From: Bdellovibrionales bacterium
GTDB lineage: Bacteria > Bdellovibrionota > Bdellovibrionia > Bdellovibrionales > UBA1609
Assembly (NCBI GenBank): GCA_041690295.1
Contig: JAWLHR010000005.1
Span: 32,001 to 96,000, forward strand
Length of the DNA stretch: 64,000 nt
Direction of reading: 5' to 3'
The position numbers and the translations under genes are program-made. Shown here in pieces: positions 55,112 to 64,000 of this stretch (the first letter of the stretch is position 1; each line of letters opens with the position of its first letter). The notes beneath the pieces were generated by a model. It worked only from the letters and a program-made list of their open reading frames with translations. It made no database searches and had not been told where the DNA came from.

Positions 55112-56157
55112 TCCGATCTGTCAAAGGGTTCCGATGCTTTTTGGTCTTCAAGATAGGTGGCTTCCAACTGTGCCTTTGTCTCGTCATTGGTGATCACCAC
55201 ATCCATTTCGAGATCATGCAAAAAACTGCGGTGATTCAGGTTACTGGAACCGATGCACATCCAGTCGTCGGCGATGAAAATCTTCTGGTGCGCGAAACGC
55301 GGTTGGTAAATGAAAATTTTGGCGCCGTGGTTCGCGAGATCTTTAAGCAAAGGCAAACTGATCCAATGCATAAAAAAGATGTCGTTTTTCTGCGGAATAA
55401 TCAAACGGACATCAAGGCCGGCTTTCGCTTGCTTGACGAGAAGTCGTAACACGGTTCCGATGGGAACGAAGTAAGGGGTGGCCAACCAAATACGGCGCTG
55501 GGCTTTTTTCAATTGCTGGATGATCTGATTGCGTGTGCTCCGCTTGTGTAAATAAGAGTCGTTCAGCAGGAGCAGTCGGGGACTGCGCGCGGGAAGATTG
55601 AACGCGGTCCAACCCCGATAAGCGCGTTGGAAGGCGCGGCGGGCGTATTTCAAATCGCCTCCGCGCACCCGGATTCCGATATCTTTCCACGCGTCTTCTC
55701 CGGTCAATTCCTGCAAGTGCACGTCGCTGATATTGAAACTTCCGACGTAAAGTTCTTCGTTATCGATCAGACAAAATTTGCGGTGGTTGCCGTGATTCAT
55801 TTGCCGCCACCGCAGCAGCAAGCGTTTGAAAAAACTGTTGGGATCACCCGGGAGTTTCCGCAGGATGAAGGGAAAAACCCGGTAAAACCGGACCTTAATG
55901 CCCGCGGCTTTGAGTTGTGGCCAATAATCCCACATGAAATTGGGCGAGCCCCAGCCGTCGATCAAGAGGCGCACCTGAACGCCCCTTCGCGCGGCTTCGA
56001 TCAATTCACCGATGATCCGGTCCCCGAGCACGCCTTTGACGACAATGTAACATTCCAATTCAATGGAAGAACGGGCGCGGCGAATGGACTTCACCAGCTC
56101 ATCAAAGAATTTGTCCCCCGAAGTAAACAGAGTCTCTTCAGTCCAGCGCGCGACCAT
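55042..56157 (-). CDS. cardiolipin synthase ClsB-like phospholipase D
   Basis: HRKFCLID..GSFN and HQKIFIAD..GSSN; ATPYFVP. Confidence 0.88.
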   Translation of the reverse strand: MVARWTEETLFTSGDKFFDELVKSIRRARSSIELECYIVVKGVLGDRIIGELIEAARRGVQVRLLIDGWGSPNFMWDYWPQLKAAGIKVRFYRVFPFILRKLPGDPNSFFKRLLLRWRQMNHGNHRKFCLIDNEELYVGSFNISDVHLQELTGEDAWKDIGIRVRGGDLKYARRAFQRAYRGWTAFNLPARSPRLLLLNDSYLHKRSTRNQIIQQLKKAQRRIWLATPYFVPIGTVLRLLVKQAKAGLDVRLIIPQKNDIFFMHWISLPLLKDLANHGAKIFIYQPRFAHQKIFIADDWMCIGSSNLNHRSFLHDLEMDVVITNDETKAQLEATYLEDQKASEPFDRSEWANLPIWQRWVGSFFILLKYWA

Positions 56158-56167
56158 TCCCGCCAGA

Positions 56168-56896
56168 TTAGACGGCTTTCAACTGCGGGTAAAGCTCCAT
56201 GAATTGTTTATAACCGCTTATGATGTCGCTTAGACGATGACCTTCTTCATCCAGCGTTTTGCGGTCGAAGAAAATGATGTGTAGGCGCTCGCGACCGTCC
56301 GTTTGTTCCTTGCGCACCTTGAGCACGGCCATCATGGGAATCGGAAAGGCCGGCGGTTGGGTGCGGAAGGTGACGATGAAAGGCGGAGACACTTCATCCC
56401 TTTGGGTGTTCCGGCAAACCTCATCCATTTTCTGCTCGCCTTGCTCACTGATCAGCTCCGAGATGGGGCGTCCAATAAGATCTTGCCGGCTTTGCATGCC
56501 CAGGGTGCTAACCAGGCGGTCGTTGACATCTTCGACCTTGCGGGTTTCGCAGTCGACGATAAGGAATCCGGCGTGTCCACCCTCGACAAAGTGCTCGTAA
56601 AGAGCCTGCCAATTGTGATGGTGGTCTCCCGACGGCTGGCCCGGACGGTTCAACAACTCCAAGAAGGATTCAAGATTAAAGGGCGTGTGTTTACTGAGGC
56701 CGTAAAACTTCACCAGCTTCATCAGTGTGTCCAGGCGCAGGTTGATTTTTCCGCCCTCGATGTTCTGGTAATGGCGGTAGTCGATCTTCATGTTTTGCGC
56801 GGCTGTAACTTGAGACAGACCCATCTCTTTGCGTGTGGTTTTTAAGGTCTGCCCCAATTCCTTCAAGAATGTGTCCATTTCGCTATCGATTGCCAT
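56168..56896 (-). CDS. XRE-type HTH regulator with C-terminal PAS-like domain
   Basis: LK..RK.MGLSQ...YQNIEGG..N; VN......LG.....LIGRPI. Confidence 0.8.
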   Translation of the reverse strand: MAIDSEMDTFLKELGQTLKTTRKEMGLSQVTAAQNMKIDYRHYQNIEGGKINLRLDTLMKLVKFYGLSKHTPFNLESFLELLNRPGQPSGDHHHNWQALYEHFVEGGHAGFLIVDCETRKVEDVNDRLVSTLGMQSRQDLIGRPISELISEQGEQKMDEVCRNTQRDEVSPPFIVTFRTQPPAFPIPMMAVLKVRKEQTDGRERLHIIFFDRKTLDEEGHRLSDIISGYKQFMELYPQLKAV

Positions 56897-57067
56897 ATTT
56901 TTGGGCTCCAGTTCACAAGTTCATAAACTTATAACTACATGAAAGTTCTTGTAAAAACAATAGATCCGGTCGGGGGCAAAGATGGACATATTCGATTGGC
57001 AAAAAATAACGGAGATTTATCTCTGAGCCGGTTGAGCGACGTGATGCAATATGCGTCTTTTTTGGAC

Positions 57068-58033
57068 TTACTTTAAATTTTCAACGCTTAAAACGGAGGC
57101 GCGAAGAAGTCGGTCCAACACCGCTTCCCAGTCGGTGGACAGGTGCGATGGCTGAAGCCTTACGCAAATCGCGTGACCAGGGCCCGTGAGCAAGCGAAAG
57201 GAGTGATAGATCTCCCGTGCGGCTTGCCGGGGATCTTCGGGAAGTGTCAGCCATTGCAGTTTTACAATGTTTTGGTTTAGTCGCGCGGCGATATATTTCT
57301 TCAAATCTTCTTCGGAAAAATTATTTTTTACGATCACAACGGGACTTTCAGGTTGGTAATGGGCCGGTGTGTGTCCGGGTGTGGCTTTTGATTCCACTCG
57401 AATGATGGTGTGGGGAATTTTCTTTTGCGAAAGGACATGGGCGATTTGATCGCGGGAAACTCCGCCGGGACGAAGGATTTCAATTCGCCACTTGTCACCC
57501 TCTTGAACCGCTCTAAGAACGGTGCTTTCAAGTCCCACTTCGCAAGCTCCGCCGTCCACGACTGGAATTTTATCCTGAAACTCATCAATCACATCTTGCG
57601 CCCGCGTGGGACTGGTGCGACCGAAACGATTGGCTGACGGCGCGGCCAGAGGAACACCGAGTTCCTGCAGAATCTTTCTCGCGATGGGATGATTGGGCGA
57701 ACGCAGAGCCACGGTTTCAAGACCGGCGGTGATCAAGTGGGAGACCGCCTCGGTTTTCGGAACGATCAATGTGAGAGGTCCCGGCCAAAACGCATCCGTC
57801 AATGTGTCGTACACTGGTGGCCATTCGCGGGCGAGGCTTTTCGCCTGATCCTTGTTTTCGATGTGAACAATGAGTGGATCAAAAAAGGGGCGTGATTTCA
57901 CCTCGAAGATCCGGCGAAGCGCGCGTTCATCGTCGATTCGGCCGGCCAAGCCGTAAACCGTCTCGGTTGGTATCGCGACCAATTCGCCGCGTTTGAGGCG
58001 CTCCACCGCGTCTTCAGGAGTGATTAATGGCAT
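57068..58033 (-). CDS. tsaC: L-threonylcarbamoyladenylate synthase (Sua5/TsaC)
   Basis: PTETVYGL, K.RP..DPLIVH, FWPGPLT, APSAN, GLESTV, HYQP. Confidence 0.95.
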   Translation of the reverse strand: MPLITPEDAVERLKRGELVAIPTETVYGLAGRIDDERALRRIFEVKSRPFFDPLIVHIENKDQAKSLAREWPPVYDTLTDAFWPGPLTLIVPKTEAVSHLITAGLETVALRSPNHPIARKILQELGVPLAAPSANRFGRTSPTRAQDVIDEFQDKIPVVDGGACEVGLESTVLRAVQEGDKWRIEILRPGGVSRDQIAHVLSQKKIPHTIIRVESKATPGHTPAHYQPESPVVIVKNNFSEEDLKKYIAARLNQNIVKLQWLTLPEDPRQAAREIYHSFRLLTGPGHAICVRLQPSHLSTDWEAVLDRLLRASVLSVENLK

Positions 58034-58047
58034 GTTGCGGTCATAAT

Positions 58048-58719
58048 CTAGAAGGGACGAGACGTCACCTGGGATCTAAAGACTTCAAGGTAGGGAATGA
58101 ACCAGGAGTAGATTTTCAGGTCCTCGGCGGTCGGAACCGCCCCTCGCGTGAAGTAGGCATACAGGGCCTCGACCTCTTTTAACGAGACTTTCACGTAACC
58201 TTCGTAATTATTGGCGGGGAGCCAGCGCGCGAACCGATGGGTTTCGCTGTAATAAACTTGCGAGAGAACTTCGCACTTACGTTGATAGGCCTTACGCGGA
58301 ATACGAACCACTTTTTCAGCGAAACAATTGTAAGCGACGCTCCACACATCGTGTGAAGGTGAAAAAGCGCGATGAACAGCCAGACAAACGTCCTGGTGAT
58401 GGGGGTGGCCGTACTCGCCGAGAATTCCATGGGTGAAAACTTCGCCGGCGTTCTCGTTTTTTAGGCGCTGTGTAAGTTTGGGCACGTCGATTCGCGCGTC
58501 AAAGCGATCAGGGAAGTTCCACATTTCCGCGATATTCGCGCCCAGCTTTTTGCACGCGGCAAGAAAATCGAGTTTACGGCGTTCGCCGACTCCGTCCGCG
58601 TTGCCATCGGTGACGCAAATGATTTTCCAGGGGCGGCGGCGATAGGTTTGAACGAGACCGCCAAAGAAAATGGTTTCGTCATCGGGATGGGCCACAATGA
58701 TCAAGTTATGCTTTTTCAT
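58048..58719 (-). CDS. PIG-L/LmbE family N-deacetylase
   Basis: AHPDDE, THG..GEYGHPHH. Confidence 0.9.
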   Translation of the reverse strand: MKKHNLIIVAHPDDETIFFGGLVQTYRRRPWKIICVTDGNADGVGERRKLDFLAACKKLGANIAEMWNFPDRFDARIDVPKLTQRLKNENAGEVFTHGILGEYGHPHHQDVCLAVHRAFSPSHDVWSVAYNCFAEKVVRIPRKAYQRKCEVLSQVYYSETHRFARWLPANNYEGYVKVSLKEVEALYAYFTRGAVPTAEDLKIYSWFIPYLEVFRSQVTSRPF

Positions 58720-58736
58720 CGCACCTCACCTCCATT

Positions 58737-59345
58737 ATGATTCTTAATATGCGAATGCGAATCGGTAAAGACGAGAACGAATGGGTGAAGCAAGCCTGGA
58801 CCTGGATTCACGACGAAATTTCGCCAGGACAAAGCGTGTTCGTTCCCGCGGGGGGCACGCCAACCCCGCTTTACCGACGTTGGATGCAAGAGCCCACCAG
58901 TCTCTTGCGAGGTCTTCGACTTCTTCAGTTGGATGAAATCATCTCAGGCGAGCGCAAAGGCGAGTTTCGCGCGTTTTTTCAACGCGAGTTACCGGCCTAT
59001 CTTCCACAGTTCGAATGGATCAGCACGGCGGAAAGCGTGGCCGATGTGGCGATTCTCGGCGTGGGCGTGAATGGGCATGTGGCTTTTCATGAACCCGGTC
59101 TCCCGCGCGATTTCGCCGGCGGTTGCGTGCGATTGAGTCAGGAGACACTTTCGTATTTGGACTTACCCGATCCCACTTGGGGTCTCACTTACGGTGTGGC
59201 CACTTTCATGCGGGCGAAGAAAATTCTGGTCCTTGCCCGAGGCGCCAACAAAAAAGCCGTGATCGAACAGGCCACTCGCGAAAAAAATCTTCCCATCTCG
59301 TGGATTCTTGAACATCACGATGTGACGTTGGTCACTGATTTTTAA
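58737..59345 (+). CDS. glucosamine-6-phosphate deaminase / 6PGL family
   Basis: PAGGTP, QLDE, LGVGVNGHVAFHEP, G..K; shorter than typical NagB. Confidence 0.8.
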   Translation: MILNMRMRIGKDENEWVKQAWTWIHDEISPGQSVFVPAGGTPTPLYRRWMQEPTSLLRGLRLLQLDEIISGERKGEFRAFFQRELPAYLPQFEWISTAESVADVAILGVGVNGHVAFHEPGLPRDFAGGCVRLSQETLSYLDLPDPTWGLTYGVATFMRAKKILVLARGANKKAVIEQATREKNLPISWILEHHDVTLVTDF

Positions 59346-60507
59346 CGGGCTGCCCGATCGCCGGTGGTAACGGTTGGCCGGGTGGTTGTTGATTGGCGGG
59401 CGGCAGAGGTTGCCCAGGAACGTGCGACGTGGCCGGTACCGTTCCTGCCGGCGGAATGGGAACCGGAAGAAGTCGCCTGTCGTTCGACGGAACTTGAATT
59501 TGAGGAAACAGGTCCTGACGATTCATATTCGGCCAGGGGCGAACGCCTTTCGGCCACACGGGTATTGGCGGATTGGCCGAAGTTTGAGTGGGCGGCATGG
59601 AGTATCCGCCGCCACCACCGACCTCGCGCACGGCACCTCCGAAGTCAGGTAAGGCGGGAATCCCGCCGCCGATACTTCCGCCACTCACGGGCATGGTCAA
59701 AGCTGGGCGAGCCATTGGCAAAATATTTTGTAAAGCGCTTTGCAAACTCGCCGTTTGTTGCCCCAGCGTATTGTTGTTGGCGATCGGCATATCGACTTGA
59801 GGACCGAGTTTAGGAATATTCGGATTTCCCGAACAGGCCACCGAGGGACCAGTGAACGGATCCGGCCCACCATTGAAGACGTGCTGACGCATCCATTCGT
59901 AGTGTTGCGGGCATGCGGCTTTCAAATGATCCGGTGAATGCAAGTAGATCGCGAACACTTCCGCGAATTCCTCATTGCGGGGACTCTTGTTCGTGTTGTT
60001 GGTGGAGTAATCGGTGATGGCACAGCGCTGAGGCAGATTTTGTTTGTAAGCTTTGTAGTAGCCGCGATTCCCCACTATATGACCCAGCTCATGGGAGAAG
60101 TGGGCCAGCGTGCGGCGAGGATCGTCGTGTCGATAACAGTTCACCACCAGATTAATGGTGTTGGCGTTGGGGACATTGCTGGAACAGGTCGCGCCAGAAG
60201 GTTTACCGCCCGGGTAAACATTGATGGTGATATGGCTGACGATGTTCTTGTGCAGTCCCAAATCCGTGGCCCGTTTGAGAACTCCGGGAATCAGAACCTT
60301 GTGGTGAGGGTAAAGTGAATGGCTCGGATCTTTGGCATTGTTAATGGTGATCTTATAACTCTTCAGATCATCTTCCACCTGGGAATAATGACTGGGATGA
60401 AAGCATCCCGGATTCATGAGTTGAGATGAAAATCCGGCGACGGCGGCGATAGCGGATTTTAAAAAAAGATTCGAAAAAACAAAGGCAAAGAAAAAAGACC
60501 GCATCAA
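59332..60507 (-). CDS. secreted zincin metallopeptidase with Pro-rich tail
   Basis: HELGH...DYS...NEEFAE...P..Y; C-terminal Pro/Gly-rich region with PGQPLPPA twice. Confidence 0.7.
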   Translation of the reverse strand: MMRSFFFAFVFSNLFLKSAIAAVAGFSSQLMNPGCFHPSHYSQVEDDLKSYKITINNAKDPSHSLYPHHKVLIPGVLKRATDLGLHKNIVSHITINVYPGGKPSGATCSSNVPNANTINLVVNCYRHDDPRRTLAHFSHELGHIVGNRGYYKAYKQNLPQRCAITDYSTNNTNKSPRNEEFAEVFAIYLHSPDHLKAACPQHYEWMRQHVFNGGPDPFTGPSVACSGNPNIPKLGPQVDMPIANNNTLGQQTASLQSALQNILPMARPALTMPVSGGSIGGGIPALPDFGGAVREVGGGGGYSMPPTQTSANPPIPVWPKGVRPWPNMNRQDLFPQIQVPSNDRRLLPVPIPPAGTVPATSHVPGQPLPPANQQPPGQPLPPAIGQPVKNQ

Positions 60508-60528
60508 TGAATTGATCGGTCTGAATGC

Positions 60529-60543
60529 GTTTCAACTTAAGAC
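60529..60543. promoter_or_regulatory. 15-bp palindromic intergenic motif, copy 6 (overlaps a sigma28-like -35)
   Basis: GTTTCAACTTAAGAC; minus strand reads TAAGTTGA-N11-ACCGATCA. Confidence 0.45.
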
Positions 60544-60566
60544 AAACCTCGATCATGGTCTTGGCG

Positions 60567-60596
60567 AAAAAAAACCCAGCCCTCTCGAGCTGGGTT
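60567..60596 (-). terminator. rho-independent terminator of the RRM gene
   Basis: AACCCAGCT-CGAGAG-GGCTGGG followed by T8. Confidence 0.85.
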
Positions 60597-60625
60597 GTCA
60601 TCAAAGTCTTTTACAAGGCCCGATG

Positions 60626-60955
60626 TTAATAGCGATTGCCGCCGTTGCCGAATCCGCGACCACGGCCACCGCCGCGGCCACCAAAGCCACCGCGTCCCTC
60701 ACGGGGAGCCTGCGGTCGTGCTTCGGAGACGGTCAAATTGCGTCCGCCAATCGATTGTCCGTTCATGCTTTCAATCGCTTTATTGGCTTCTTCATCGCTG
60801 GACATTTCAACGAAACCGAAGCCTTTGCTGCGACCGGTGTCACGATCCGTGATCACACGAGCGGACTCCACTTTGCCGAAGGATGAAAACTGGCTCTCCA
60901 GAGCCGCATCATCAACGGAGTAGGGAAGGTTCCCTACATATAACTTTTTACCCAT
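60626..60955 (-). CDS. RRM RNA-binding protein with Gly/Arg-rich tail
   Basis: LYVGNL (RNP2), KGFGFVEM (RNP1); GAGGAG RBS. Confidence 0.95.
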   Translation of the reverse strand: MGKKLYVGNLPYSVDDAALESQFSSFGKVESARVITDRDTGRSKGFGFVEMSSDEEANKAIESMNGQSIGGRNLTVSEARPQAPREGRGGFGGRGGGRGRGFGNGGNRY

Positions 60956-61128
60956 TAATCTCTCCTCTTTGGCCGAACTTACAAGCCACTGAGAAAGACT
61001 GAAAGGCACCATGCACTTCGTTTCTGTGGCGGATCGGGACCAAAATACTAAAAATAAGTTTAGCCCACCCGCGGAGAGTACAGCAAGGGGAATCCGCTCC
61101 AGGAAGGACTTTCAAGGCTTTTTAAACT

Positions 61129-63039
61129 CTAATCCTCATCATTTCCGCCTCCGCGGATAATGCTGCGCTGGTTGGCCTTTAAAATCTTCTTACGCATACG
61201 AATGTTCTTGGGAGTTACCTCAATCCATTCGTCTTGCTCGATCCATTCAATACAGCGCTCAAGCGTCATCTCGCGAATGCCCTTTAAAGCAACGTAATGA
61301 TCGCTGCCCGCGGCCCTGACGTTGGTGAGTTTCTTTTCCCGAGTGGGATTTACGTTGAGATCGTTCTCTTTATTGAATTCTCCAATGATCATGCCCTCAT
61401 AGACCTCAACTCCGGGTTTAATAAACATCACCCCGCGGTCATCGAGATTGAGGAGAGCGTACTCAGTCGCCAGGCCATCCCGATCGGCGATCATCGCGCC
61501 ATTGGGACGGTGGAGCATTTCCCCCTTCCACTCCGTATAGCCCACCATTTGAGAGGAGAAGAGTCCTTCACCTTTTGTAGCGGTCAGGTACTTGGTGCGC
61601 ATACCGAGGAGACCGCGGGTGGGAATTTCAAATTCCAGTCGGACCCGGTTTTGAGTGCCCGAAGGGCCTGAATGGGTGCCAACGGCTTCGTAGGCCATTA
61701 AAATGCCTTTACGCTCTTGAAACATTCGCGTCACATCACTGGCAAATTCTTCCGGAAGATCTAAAGTCGCACGCTCCAAAGGTTCGTACTTCTTACCGTT
61801 TTCCGTTTTAATCAGAACCTCAGGACGGCCCACCATGAATTCGGCGCCTTCACGGCGCATTTGCTCGATCAAGATGGCGAATTGCAATTCGCCACGGCCG
61901 AGAATGCGAAATTGGTCAGGAGAACCGGTCTCTTCGAAACGCACGGCCACATTATGGCGAACTTCGCGAAGCAATCGCTCGCGCAATTTGCGCGATTGGA
62001 CCGCTTCGCCGTCCCGGCCCGAAAAAGGTGATGTATTCACCGAGAAAATCATCGCCAACGTGGGTTTATTCACTTCAATCCGGGGCAAACGGGCCGTGGT
62101 TTCCTCGCCGCCGACCGTGTCGCCGATTTGGAAATCTTCGCAACCCGCGACCACGCCCACATCACCCGCGTGCAATGACTTCACTTCCACTTGAGTCAAA
62201 CCGGAATAACGGAAGAGTTTAGTCACCGTGAACGGCTCAACCACAGGCTCGCCGCTTTCTTTGACTCCCATGCGGTAAGCGCGCTGTCCGACCTGAAGTT
62301 CTCCCGAAAGGATGCGGCCCACGGCCAATCGGCCGACGAAATCCGACCATCCTAGATTCGCCACAAGCATCTGGAATGATTTTTCAGTTCCCAGCTTGGG
62401 CGGGGGGATGGTTTTTACGATCAAATCGAATAACGGTTGGAGCGAGCCCTTCTTTTCACCCGATAACAGAGCGGGAACCTCATCCGGGTCGGTGGTGCAC
62501 CAACCGTTTCGGGCGGTGGCGTAGACAATGGGAAAATCCGCTTGTTCTTCGGTGGCGCCCAAATCGATGAAAAGATCGAAGGCCTGATTGATGACTTCTT
62601 TGGTCCGAATCCCGTCGGCGCATTCGGGCCGGTCCACCTTGTTCACGCAAAGAATGATGCGATGGCCGCGCTCCAGGGCTTTCTGGAGAACGAAGCGCGT
62701 TTGCGGCAGAGGACCTTCGGCCGCGTCCACCAAAAGCACGGCGCCATCCACCATGCTCAAAATGCGCTCGACCTCACCGCCGAAGTCCGCGTGCCCCGGA
62801 GTGTCCACGATATTGACCCGGATGTCCTTATAGGTGAAGGCGGCGTTTTTCGCCTGAATCGTGATTCCACGCTCCCGTTCGAGATCCATGGAATCCATGA
62901 CCCGGTCTTCGACTTGGGCCCGTTCGGAAAAAGCTCCGCTTTGGCGTAAAAGGTGATCGACCAGGGTGGTCTTGCCATGGTCAACGTGCGCGATAATACA
63001 AATGTTCCTAATATTCTCGATATTCTCGTGATTTTGCAT
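61129..63039 (-). CDS. typA: translational GTPase TypA/BipA
   Basis: [49 protein letters not shown]. Confidence 0.97.
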   Translation of the reverse strand: MQNHENIENIRNICIIAHVDHGKTTLVDHLLRQSGAFSERAQVEDRVMDSMDLERERGITIQAKNAAFTYKDIRVNIVDTPGHADFGGEVERILSMVDGAVLLVDAAEGPLPQTRFVLQKALERGHRIILCVNKVDRPECADGIRTKEVINQAFDLFIDLGATEEQADFPIVYATARNGWCTTDPDEVPALLSGEKKGSLQPLFDLIVKTIPPPKLGTEKSFQMLVANLGWSDFVGRLAVGRILSGELQVGQRAYRMGVKESGEPVVEPFTVTKLFRYSGLTQVEVKSLHAGDVGVVAGCEDFQIGDTVGGEETTARLPRIEVNKPTLAMIFSVNTSPFSGRDGEAVQSRKLRERLLREVRHNVAVRFEETGSPDQFRILGRGELQFAILIEQMRREGAEFMVGRPEVLIKTENGKKYEPLERATLDLPEEFASDVTRMFQERKGILMAYEAVGTHSGPSGTQNRVRLEFEIPTRGLLGMRTKYLTATKGEGLFSSQMVGYTEWKGEMLHRPNGAMIADRDGLATEYALLNLDDRGVMFIKPGVEVYEGMIIGEFNKENDLNVNPTREKKLTNVRAAGSDHYVALKGIREMTLERCIEWIEQDEWIEVTPKNIRMRKKILKANQRSIIRGGGNDED

Positions 63040-63087
63040 TTGAGGGGAAGACCTTAAGCGGATCATCCCCTCTGCGGCAATGAAAAT

Positions 63088-63477
63088 CTATTTGTATTCG
63101 GAACAATAGCGGTAACGGTAGGAACCGCTTAACCTTCCGTACCGGCAGGTGCGGATTTCGGATTGGCAACGTTGCCCGCCATACTCGGCCGGATTCAGAT
63201 AGGCCGTGATCGACTGGCCGTTGTAAAGGTAGCCGAATTCGGTGGTGTCGCAGCCGTAGTCCTCATAACAGTTCCGGTAGCGGTAATACCCCGAGAGATG
63301 ACCATTGCGGCACCGGCGGTACTGGTATTCGCACCGGTTTCCATTGGTGGCTCTGGGCTCGCGATAGGCGATGACGTCATCACCGTCGCGAACGATTCCA
63401 CCCCATGGAGCATGACAGTCCCGGGCGGAAGCCATATGCGAAAACGCTATTAAGAAGGCCGTGATGATCAATTTCAT
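63088..63477 (-). CDS. secreted protein of two Cys-rich ~55-aa repeats
   Basis: C....G....G.....AY.......G..C....R.C..G.LSG.YRYR.C twice after a signal peptide. Confidence 0.8.
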   Translation of the reverse strand: MKLIITAFLIAFSHMASARDCHAPWGGIVRDGDDVIAYREPRATNGNRCEYQYRRCRNGHLSGYYRYRNCYEDYGCDTTEFGYLYNGQSITAYLNPAEYGGQRCQSEIRTCRYGRLSGSYRYRYCSEYK

Positions 63478-63498
63478 TTGTCCCCCCATAGGTTGTGA

Positions 63499-64000
63499 TC
63501 AAATCGCCAATGTGTCTTCCATCCATCGAGTGACCGCTTGATCTGACCAACGGACTTCATCCCAAGTGGTGCCCCAACCCAAAAACCCGCAGTGGCCGCC
63601 TTTTTCGGTTACAAGAATATCAAGATGCGGGGCGTGCGGCATCTTATTTAAGCCCTGGGTGTCAACGATGGGATCATCCAACGATGAAAGGATGAGGGTG
63701 GGCACTTTGATCTCGGGGATATAGTGAATCGAGCTGCAGCGGCGATAATATTCTTCCGCGCATCGGAAACCAGCCCACGGGGCGGAATACATTTCATCAA
63801 AATCTCGAATGCTCATGTTCGGCGGAAACTTGGTCTTGGGAATTTCGGGAAAGAGATTCTCCATCAATCGAACATCCGCCTTCAGGTATTTCAGAAAAAC
63901 ATTGGCGAAGAGCCGGTTTGATTTTTCACTCAATCGGGCGGTGGCTTGCGCCAGATCCAGTGGGGGAGACACGGCCACCACGCTGTCGAGATTACCGCTC
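63499..64000 (-). CDS. YheT-like alpha/beta hydrolase, C-terminal part (start outside window)
   Basis: IRDFDE, YY..CSS, PTLIL...DDP, GGHCGF. Confidence 0.85.
   Translation of the reverse strand, partial: SGNLDSVVAVSPPLDLAQATARLSEKSNRLFANVFLKYLKADVRLMENLFPEIPKTKFPPNMSIRDFDEMYSAPWAGFRCAEEYYRRCSSIHYIPEIKVPTLILSSLDDPIVDTQGLNKMPHAPHLDILVTEKGGHCGFLGWGTTWDEVRWSDQAVTRWMEDTLAI

Noticed and set aside
1..64000. CRISPR array, cas genes, integrase, transposase or prophage
   Set aside because: No spaced direct-repeat array and no ORF with such motifs seen; the only tandem repeats are intragenic.

Overview
A gene-dense bacterial chromosomal window with about 70 CDS and one tRNA-Val(CAC). I found no CRISPR array, integrase, transposase or prophage. 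The many exported hydrolases, Cys-rich or lipoprotein hypotheticals, an Ig/vWA adhesin and an RRM protein suggest a Bdellovibrionota-like predator; this taxonomy is inference only. Main blocks: (1) 1-4.6 kb, a chemosensory operon (cheW/V, cheW, a CheA with no obvious P2 domain, a 100-aa receptor tip, an ODP-like di-iron MBL protein, a degenerate double-tip receptor) plus a divergent cheY behind a sigma28-like promoter. (2) 4.7-19 kb, a general-stress/dormancy-type island (GH13, DUF2267-CBS, GDPD, DUF5335, HdeD, degenerate PdeM, Em/GsiB repeat protein, hemerythrin, hybrid kinase) carrying seven intergenic sigma54 -24/-12 motifs. (3) 19-37 kb, exported hydrolases and oxidative-stress genes. (4) icd, an ABC-2 exporter, Usp, a lipoprotein triplet, the tRNA and a cytochrome c peroxidase. 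(5) A sigma54/IHF operon pairing an intact subtilase with a triad-dead pseudo-subtilase. (6) folE with a PTPS-III-type enzyme, cls, sua5, PIG-L/nagB, RRM and typA. The best candidates for new biology are the protease/pseudoprotease operon, the split ODP chemosensory system, the sigma54 island, and a 15-bp palindrome (GTYTCR-N3-YGARAC) found six times, always upstream of exported-protein genes. All family calls come from motifs recognised by eye; no database search was run.
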